Positions 56,787 through 64,000 of a stretch of 64,000 bases of DNA are shown here, in pieces (position 1 is the stretch's first letter; each line of letters begins with the position of its first letter). The stretch is from an uncultured candidate division Zixibacteria bacterium (GTDB lineage Bacteria; Zixibacteria; MSB-5A5; UBA10806): assembly GCA_963817915.1 (NCBI GenBank), contig CAWFQL010000016.1, positions 32,001-96,000 of the forward strand. Reading direction: 5' to 3'. The notes beneath the pieces were generated by a model. The model was not told the DNA's origin. It worked only from the letters and a program-made list of their open reading frames with translations, and did not search any database. A program made the translations under genes and the position numbers.

Positions 56787-59700
56787 TTATCGCGCCAGAA
56801 TGCTGGTTGAGAACAAATTAGAATACATTCCAACCAGATTTCGAGTTCTAACATTGATGTAATAAGTGTTTTCGGGAAGCATCCCGATTGTATTCTCAAT
56901 AATTTCCCATTGGTCGACAACGCCGACATTTGTCCAATCAAGTATATCGCGAGTCCGAGTCCTGGTGCCAATAGATACTTCGATCCGAGTAACGCCCGAT
57001 TCCGGATCAGATATATTTTCGAACATCAATCTCAGAACATTGCCGCCTCTTCTTAGAATTATTGATGGTGATGCTTGCGGAGTTAAGGGTCGCGTATGAT
57101 CTACAATAAATGGTCCGGTGACAGTCGGACAGCTGATCATGTTTTGATTATTTACGCCACGCACGCTTATATAATATGTGCCATCGGCAAGGTTGTAGTT
57201 AGGCAACAGCCATGAATTTACCGGCCCGATATCGTTAGCTCCTGTGAAGTCTACATCCGAAGGCCAACCTCTCGCCTCTGCTCCACCAATGCTGGTTCCG
57301 ATTGCGACTTGATATCCCTTAAGCCCGGTTTCGGGATCATATGACGGCTGCGTAAACAGCAAATAGGTCGTCCCTGCAGGAAGACCGTAGCAGAATGACG
57401 CTGTGGGACTGGCAGGGCCGGTCGGATCTATTGGCTTGTAAAGCCCCAGTCTCAGGGGATTACTTGCCCGACCCGCGTAATTGAGGCCGATTACCTTTAC
57501 AAAGAATGAATCTGTATATGACAGCGGCGCGCCTGTGATGGCCGCAGTCAAATTTAAGGAAGTGGAAACCCAATCAGGTGAAATAATGGAGCTATCCGTA
57601 GCCGAAGCCACCCTATATTGATATTCCAATATTCCAGATTCCGGGTCGTTTGAAACATCCCAATATGCGCTGATTGACGGCGGCTGCGGCGGCGGCAAAT
57701 TTAATCTGAAGGTGAAACTGCCCAATGTATAGGGATAACCATTAGCGGGATCTAATTGAGGGGGTAAAGGTACGGGCGAAACTAAAGGCGGCTGCCAACA
57801 ATAATAAAACTGCGGGAACCAGACCGTGAATGCATTCCCTGGAACTGCGGGAGGAGTGGTATCGATCACGAGGCCGCTCGATGAAGTAACGGGACTCCAT
57901 ATAAATTGGCCATTTTTGGCGCGGACATTTACGTAGTACGTTTGGCCGTTCTGCAGATTGAGCCCATTTATTGATACCTCTGTCCGGCCGCCTGCCGATG
58001 TCCAATTGAGAACGGAAGAATCGGCATAATCGGTGCCGACACAATATTGATATTCGAGTATGCCTGATTCAGGATCGCTGCCTATCCAATTGGCATCGAT
58101 CTGATTGATATTGTAGGAATAATAAATATCAATGGGAATATACAGCCACCTTCTTCCAATATAAACGCTTCTAAAAGTCGAGACATGTTGATAATTCGGG
58201 AATCCAACATACCCTACCGACGGCGGCGTGACATCCCCGGACATTCCACCATACGAGTAAGATCCATTACCTCCGCCGGCCGCATAGAAATTAAGTGTGA
58301 AGTTGACCATTCTGGCATTGGTATATCCAGCTCCGCCGCGAGCTCGGACAAATAATGTTTTTGGAAATGCGTCCTGCTGTCCGCCGTATGGCCTCAGGAA
58401 ATATTGAGTCATACTAGTCGAGAGCCCGACATTCTGGAACCCCGAGCTGGGGATTGAAGTCCAGGTACCGTCTTCAAGCCGAATAGAATAATCAGTTATT
58501 CCTCTTGGATGTGAAGCATTCCAATTGAAAATTCCGGTGTTATAGAATCCCCTGTTGGTATTAATAGAAGATAAATTGTATAGTCTTGGCACTTGAAGAT
58601 CCTGCGCCAGTTGAGCCTTTCTATTGTTGATGTCCGTAAGCGACATCGGTCGATTTTTAATGCTGTCAGGCTGGCCTTGTTTCCAATATGCATATCGATC
58701 CAGGATATCGTAGAGGTTCTCTGTTAGTCTACTCTTGGTATCATAGATGGCATCGATTGAATTGGTGAATACGGCCTGAGCGTTCGTGACATTTAATACC
58801 TGATCGGCCAATAATCCGGGATCATTGGCGGCTATGGGTCCAACAGCCGAAGTAATGCGCTGGAGTCCGGTATCGCTCATTGTATACCACAAATCCATAC
58901 CGGTCTGATTGCATATCGCGATTCTCTGATCGGGTGTCGCGATATTCCAGTTGCTTTCAAATCCCTGGCGTCGTGATACGCTGTCCGGTGCATTGCCGAG
59001 TCTCAAAATCCAAGTGAATCGCCAGAGGGCAACATTATGGCGGAGGGCCTCAGATAGACGGGTAGTCTTATTCGAGATTACCGTATTCATCGTGCCCTGA
59101 CGGGATTCAAGTTCAGTTCTCTTTTGATAAGCCCAATCATTCATATCACGTTGATATTGCAGATGGTTTTTATAGAAGTATTCGAGTTGGGTCAGCAGGC
59201 CAAGGAAATGGGAGCCAACCGCATTATAGCTCATCTGCCCGCCGCTGCCTTGAAGAGCAGTCTGGATTGTCGTGAGACCGGCTTCCAACGCCGCAACTCT
59301 ATCTCTGATCGCATTTTCATTAGTATTAAAATCATTCTGGGCCTGCAAAAGAGTGGCGTTATTTTGATCTGAAATGCCTTGATTGAATGTGAAATCCGGA
59401 CCGCTGGTGATTCGCTTGCGGGTCATTCCAACACTGTCAATGTATTCGCTTGTTACCGGCGGCTCGAAATTATCATTGGAGATGGGGTTTCCGCCAACCG
59501 AGTAATCATTTGAAGGCAGCGGCGTTAATTGGGAATTAATTTGACTGAGTCTCGCGGCAACCTGTGTCCTATAGCCATTTGCGGCGCTAAGCATGATGTC
59601 AGCGCTGTTTCGCTGAGAGTTCAAGGAGTCGCGCTGTGCCGCTGTAGGAGCTCCATTTGCTCCGCCGAAGACGTTGCCAATTACCCATGAAAATTGATTA

Positions 59701-61748
59701 TCTTCGTCTTGAGTCGCCGGGCTGCCATAACTCTCTTCGGTTAATCTTGTACCTTCGAGTATTAATGCAGCCAGAATGAATGCCCAGGGATCATCGGACT
59801 GCAGAAGTTCGCTGCATAAAAATAAAGTCCTGAATGCGGCCGCAAGCTCCTGACCGGTTAGGGTCATGGCCGCCATATTGGCCTGAGGAATTTGCTGTTG
59901 CGCCTCGGCACTTGCATTTTCAACTTCCTGGCTTGTGCCCAGAGCATCATTTATTAATCGCTCCATTTCGGGGTCTTTACCAAATCCGGCAGTCACTTGT
60001 CCGCCCTTAAATTTGGCCCAGACGCTGCCATCCCAGCTGAATGTAAGCGCGTGAACACTAAGACCAGCGATTCCATATACGTAGAAATCCGGCTGACCTA
60101 ACAATGCGCCGGCAAGCCATCCTTCCGCGCTGACTACGCCGCCAAGAACCGATGCCGAAATCCAAGCCTTCATATACGCGCCCCAACTGACATTGCGCAC
60201 ATACCAGATTCTGCCTTCGATACCGGTGTTTATGGAGATAACCCAGATATTAAACGGTCTGGTGATACTCAAAGACATATTGAAACCGGGATTGCCGATA
60301 AACAAGCTTCCGGTAGCTTCAAACTGTGTCAGGATGTTTGCATTAAGCGCGCCGCGTATGCCCCAGGCATCCGCGCTATAAACATAAAATTCGAGTGACG
60401 CCGTACCAGTTACCACAGTTGACACTTGCAGGTTGATATTTATCGATCCTTCGGCGTATGCGTCCGTAAGCCCGATGAGAAGGTAGAATGTGCCTCGCAG
60501 GAAATTGCCCTGGCCGAGAACAGTCACTTCTCCATCGAATCTTATGTACGCCGCTGCTATCGTAAGAAGAATTCTGCCCTGGATCAGCGATCCAGTCGGA
60601 TCGACGATTGTGGCGCTGGCATATAATAGCACCGCGAAGCTGCCGGGGTCGGCGTTAATCCTATTGCCGGTGGCGTTATCGAGATTGGCCATCTGACGAA
60701 CTAACTGCAGATCGCTGGGCTCAGGATTGAGGAAAAATCCTCCACCGAGACCAGTGAGAATTACAGCAGGAGGAATCGGGATTGTCACGGACGATGCCAC
60801 AAAGAAGCCGAGACTGGTTTCGCCGTTCATGACGGCGACCTTGCCGACGACTATAATTTGATAGGCATCTACGAGTGTGCCCCTACCTCCTACCAGCAAT
60901 GAGAATCCGGCCTGTGATTGCTCATATCGCAGATCTGCTCTGAATTCCACTACTCCGCTAACACTGAAATTGGCATTGCGGATTACTAAATGTGAGCCGC
61001 CATCTGCAGTTTTATAAGCGAGGAATTCCTCGATGCCGCCGCTGCCGATATCGGCTATATTGATAGTACCGCCAAATCGGATATAGCTCGTAACAGCTAC
61101 TCTGAGAGTATCGCTGGATCCTGGCGAGCCCGGCCCTGATGGCGGATTACCACCAACGATGCTTATAGTTGTCGGCGTATCGCTGAATCCTATATTATTG
61201 ATTGTGACAGTTACTACATCAACGATTGTAATATCGCCGCCCGTGATAGATTCCGCCAGCCGTTCAACCCGGCCGCTTGCTCGAATTCGTAAATCAGTGA
61301 AATTTAATCCTCCGCCCGAGCCGGAAACATTGATTGCCAATCGGCCTGACAACGATAGCCCGAAATCACTATGCTCATCGATTGTTTGAATATTCGAGAA
61401 TGTCAGACGCAATGCTTCCCAGTTAATATCAACAAGGTTAGGGGCGAACTGGATATTCCCCCAGGTGACAACGCCATCGAATCTGACCTCCAGCCCGGGG
61501 TTAATAACACCTCCGGACTTAGTCCCGAAATGAATCCATTTATTTTGATCCTGCGAGAAATAAACATCGGCGATCACTTTTATAGAGCTCTGCCTCATAT
61601 CCGCGAAATTTAATGATATGCCTAAATAGGTCGGGTCGAAAGTTGCAATCCAGAACGAGAACTCAGTCTGATCGCCGTTACCCAAACCCGGAGTCTCATT
61701 CAGAACCGTGATATCGGCGCCGCCGGTCACAACGCCTTCTTTGGTCAC
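56787..61748 (-). CDS. C-terminal part of a giant hypothetical protein (beta-rich/DUF6603-like region, helical region, DPESG-type FN3 repeats)
   Basis: 1653-aa ORF whose frame stays open upstream of 61748 (..LKVEGFVKLPAPADTTRQLFNFQVTKEG), so it joins the 61814+ ORF by a frameshift; four DPE[ST]G FN3-like repeats. Confidence 0.8.
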   Translation of the reverse strand: MTKEGVVTGGADITVLNETPGLGNGDQTEFSFWIATFDPTYLGISLNFADMRQSSIKVIADVYFSQDQNKWIHFGTKSGGVINPGLEVRFDGVVTWGNIQFAPNLVDINWEALRLTFSNIQTIDEHSDFGLSLSGRLAINVSGSGGGLNFTDLRIRASGRVERLAESITGGDITIVDVVTVTINNIGFSDTPTTISIVGGNPPSGPGSPGSSDTLRVAVTSYIRFGGTINIADIGSGGIEEFLAYKTADGGSHLVIRNANFSVSGVVEFRADLRYEQSQAGFSLLVGGRGTLVDAYQIIVVGKVAVMNGETSLGFFVASSVTIPIPPAVILTGLGGGFFLNPEPSDLQLVRQMANLDNATGNRINADPGSFAVLLYASATIVDPTGSLIQGRILLTIAAAYIRFDGEVTVLGQGNFLRGTFYLLIGLTDAYAEGSININLQVSTVVTGTASLEFYVYSADAWGIRGALNANILTQFEATGSLFIGNPGFNMSLSITRPFNIWVISINTGIEGRIWYVRNVSWGAYMKAWISASVLGGVVSAEGWLAGALLGQPDFYVYGIAGLSVHALTFSWDGSVWAKFKGGQVTAGFGKDPEMERLINDALGTSQEVENASAEAQQQIPQANMAAMTLTGQELAAAFRTLFLCSELLQSDDPWAFILAALILEGTRLTEESYGSPATQDEDNQFSWVIGNVFGGANGAPTAAQRDSLNSQRNSADIMLSAANGYRTQVAARLSQINSQLTPLPSNDYSVGGNPISNDNFEPPVTSEYIDSVGMTRKRITSGPDFTFNQGISDQNNATLLQAQNDFNTNENAIRDRVAALEAGLTTIQTALQGSGGQMSYNAVGSHFLGLLTQLEYFYKNHLQYQRDMNDWAYQKRTELESRQGTMNTVISNKTTRLSEALRHNVALWRFTWILRLGNAPDSVSRRQGFESNWNIATPDQRIAICNQTGMDLWYTMSDTGLQRITSAVGPIAANDPGLLADQVLNVTNAQAVFTNSIDAIYDTKSRLTENLYDILDRYAYWKQGQPDSIKNRPMSLTDINNRKAQLAQDLQVPRLYNLSSINTNRGFYNTGIFNWNASHPRGITDYSIRLEDGTWTSIPSSGFQNVGLSTSMTQYFLRPYGGQQDAFPKTLFVRARGGAGYTNARMVNFTLNFYAAGGGNGSYSYGGMSGDVTPPSVGYVGFPNYQHVSTFRSVYIGRRWLYIPIDIYYSYNINQIDANWIGSDPESGILEYQYCVGTDYADSSVLNWTSAGGRTEVSINGLNLQNGQTYYVNVRAKNGQFIWSPVTSSSGLVIDTTPPAVPGNAFTVWFPQFYYCWQPPLVSPVPLPPQLDPANGYPYTLGSFTFRLNLPPPQPPSISAYWDVSNDPESGILEYQYRVASATDSSIISPDWVSTSLNLTAAITGAPLSYTDSFFVKVIGLNYAGRASNPLRLGLYKPIDPTGPASPTASFCYGLPAGTTYLLFTQPSYDPETGLKGYQVAIGTSIGGAEARGWPSDVDFTGANDIGPVNSWLLPNYNLADGTYYISVRGVNNQNMISCPTVTGPFIVDHTRPLTPQASPSIILRRGGNVLRLMFENISDPESGVTRIEVSIGTRTRTRDILDWTNVGVVDQWEIIENTIGMLPENTYYINVRTRNLVGMYSNLFSTSILAR

Positions 61749-61813
61749 CTGGAAATTAAATAATTGCCTGGTTGTATCCGCGGGCGCGGGCAGTTTGACG
61801 AATCCCTCGACCT

Positions 61814-64000
61814 TTAAGATTTCCAGATAGATATTGCTACTCTAGATAATGCGAAATAATCAGGCACAATATAGACTGGACTGCTTAGGAATTCCGCTCC
61901 CTCAAGCGTTACAGAACCATCAGAACCGATTCGGAAATTTCGGAACTGGCTGGTATTGTTCATGAAGGTTATCTCACCGCTCAAGCCCAGATAAAACACG
62001 CGATTCTGATAAGCGAACGATAGCGCCTTGGCGGGCGGACTGGTCAAATCCTTGATCGCGAAATTCGCTCCGAAGAGATCGAAATGCTGTATATCCTCTG
62101 GAAGCGTAATACTTATTTCAGGAACCGTTACGCTGTCTTTGGATATCCTCAGCCCGGCGAATGAGACCGCGAATCCATCTCCGAATCCCTGAGCCGTTAA
62201 AGTACCGCTCAGGGTAAGGGCTAAATCATTTTGGGAGAAGCTCAGATCTATTGCCGGGCTACTGCCAATCTGCTCAGGCTTGAATGTCGCAATCAGCAGG
62301 GGCAAACTGAAACTTGGATCATTAACTACATCGAAGCCGAAATTAAATCTATTCGATGCCCATTGAGCCACATAATGGATGGCTGCGGTGTCTGTTGATG
62401 TTCGGAATAGATCGCTTGTGATATCTCCAGACATCCTGATCGCAGGCGGGCCAGAACCAAATGACGCCTCGACACCCTGGACTTTTATTGCGGCCATTGT
62501 ACCCAATGGGACGTTGGCTATGTATTGTTCAGTAGCCTGATGATTAACATTAAAATTACCTACATTGACATTACCCGAAATCCCATTCGCCGAGATGGTT
62601 AGGGAATCGAGATTCACTACCACATTGTTCAATGCGTCGGGTAATTTAATTTTCGCACCGGCCCTCAACGCATAGATATTATTTATTTTTTGGAATCCGA
62701 GTTGAGTAATCGTTACCGGGATTCCTTGCGGAAGCAGTGACAGCAAGGTATCGCTTCCAGACGGCGGGGATACAACTATCGAGCCTTCGACAAATTCGAA
62801 TGTCGCCGGATTGATGGTCGCGCTGAAGCTGACTCCGAATTGCGGAGGAGCGCTGGCGCTATATTTTAAAGCGGGTATAACGAGCTGAACCTGCTGACCC
62901 GGCTTGGTTGATATCCTAATTCCATTAGAAACTGTCTCGGTCTTTACTAGAACTGTATCGCCGGATTTGACCCTTAAATAAGCAATTGAGGTGTCTGGCA
63001 ATGGAATTCGTTCCGGCATTGGAATTACGCCGAAGAAGTCTCCCGGGTGGAATCCGGCGTTATCAAGGAATGCTACTAATGTCGTATCCTTATAGAAACT
63101 TGCCTTACCCGTGGCTATTCGGAATGGCGATAACGCTATATTAAATGAATCGGTGAATAAGCATCTGATAGCGTCAAAATTGGTATTGTTGACTCGAACG
63201 AGAATGCTGGATTCGCCCGAAACCCCGATACCATTCGCCCCCAAAGTCAGAGTTTGGGGCAATGTCAACCTGACGGCCGTCTCTTCGGTAAGTGGAGCGT
63301 TTCGATCCACGGCAGACCATTGTAGTTGGCCGAGCGCGACAACAAATTTCAGCGCGAATTGGCTGGAGAATGATACAGTTCCAGATACGAGACTGAAATT
63401 TCTGACATTTAGCAGCAGATCGTTGAAATTTACACCGATACTGGCACCTTCGGCAAGATCGAGACTGCCCGCTCCATTTAGAAGCAATCCATTCCGGTCC
63501 AAAACCGCGTGGTTAACTACAAAATGAAGAATAGAATTCTCAGACGGCACCGACCATCGGAACGGATCCGTTACTGCGATCTGGCCGCTCAATATTTGGC
63601 CATGAATCAAATCGAAACTCAGATTTCCGGCCGCGGTGATGGAATCGCCGTTATTTATGCCAGGCAATCTAAGAGCTCCCGCAAGATCAATGACTGCGGA
63701 TTGCTCGCTGCCGGAAATACTGAAATTAACAGACGAATTGGTAATTCGTATCCGTCCGAATCCCAGATCCAGCGGGCAGGTCGGTATGAATCCCGAAAGA
63801 GTACCGCTGAGATGGCCGCCGCTGTCGATAGTAAATTCTGTCGCCATGGTATTGGCCAACCCGCTGTCGGGCCCGCATCTCATGAAATCCGGCATCTGAA
63901 TATCGCCGCGGAAATGAATACTGAAATTTTGGGCGCCGTTGGTATCGGATAACGCGCCCGATATCTCACGCACGAAGTAGTTTAGATCGCCGCCCAATGG
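61814..64000 (-). CDS. Upstream part of the giant beta-strand-rich hypothetical protein (start lies beyond the window)
   Basis: Frame open from 64000 to TAA at 61816-61814; continuous amphipathic beta strands with L.G.[IL].LP and I...G motifs like those of the downstream ORF. Confidence 0.8.
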   Translation of the reverse strand, partial: PLGGDLNYFVREISGALSDTNGAQNFSIHFRGDIQMPDFMRCGPDSGLANTMATEFTIDSGGHLSGTLSGFIPTCPLDLGFGRIRITNSSVNFSISGSEQSAVIDLAGALRLPGINNGDSITAAGNLSFDLIHGQILSGQIAVTDPFRWSVPSENSILHFVVNHAVLDRNGLLLNGAGSLDLAEGASIGVNFNDLLLNVRNFSLVSGTVSFSSQFALKFVVALGQLQWSAVDRNAPLTEETAVRLTLPQTLTLGANGIGVSGESSILVRVNNTNFDAIRCLFTDSFNIALSPFRIATGKASFYKDTTLVAFLDNAGFHPGDFFGVIPMPERIPLPDTSIAYLRVKSGDTVLVKTETVSNGIRISTKPGQQVQLVIPALKYSASAPPQFGVSFSATINPATFEFVEGSIVVSPPSGSDTLLSLLPQGIPVTITQLGFQKINNIYALRAGAKIKLPDALNNVVVNLDSLTISANGISGNVNVGNFNVNHQATEQYIANVPLGTMAAIKVQGVEASFGSGPPAIRMSGDITSDLFRTSTDTAAIHYVAQWASNRFNFGFDVVNDPSFSLPLLIATFKPEQIGSSPAIDLSFSQNDLALTLSGTLTAQGFGDGFAVSFAGLRISKDSVTVPEISITLPEDIQHFDLFGANFAIKDLTSPPAKALSFAYQNRVFYLGLSGEITFMNNTSQFRNFRIGSDGSVTLEGAEFLSSPVYIVPDYFALSRVAISIWKS

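Noticed and set aside
1..64000. rRNA, tRNA, CRISPR arrays, transposases, integrases, selenocysteine recoding
   Set aside because: None recognised by eye; broken genes are explained by frame changes rather than in-frame TGA read-through. Covariance-model scans would be needed to exclude small RNAs.

Overview
Chromosomal, gene-dense 64 kb window from a diderm bacterium. Several secreted proteins end in the 'SQNYPNPFN...KMVLLK' T9SS/FlgD-Ig-like sorting domain, which suggests an FCB-superphylum-type lineage such as candidate Zixibacteria (inference only). I found no rRNA, tRNA, CRISPR array or transposase. Main content, in order: (1) the end of a surface-polysaccharide cluster (asnB-like amidotransferase, SDR epimerase, wecB, deacetylase); (2) two tandem CbcL-like multiheme-c/cytochrome-b fusions with 19 and 11 CXXCH motifs; (3) an accessory block (OsmC, cysteine synthase, MBL hydrolase, DUF1801, two RibD_C proteins, VOC, FAD/BBE oxidase, ABC-2 transporter, SRPBCC); (4) many secreted proteins, including a paralogous DUF4900-like pair; (5) a Cyc2-type cytochrome-porin plus a monoheme cytochrome c, convergent with an octaheme-c/NrfC/NrfD (CbcSTU-like) operon; (6) a c-heme chemoreceptor; (7) a tightly coupled minus-strand operon of a giant (>2400 aa, truncated by the window edge) beta-rich/FN3 protein, an FN3 protein, a TPR protein and an outer-membrane barrel, which is the best candidate for an undescribed system. 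Both inner-membrane cytochrome operons carry paired Rex-like palindromes at their promoters. At least five genes are broken by small frameshifts, most likely assembly indels.
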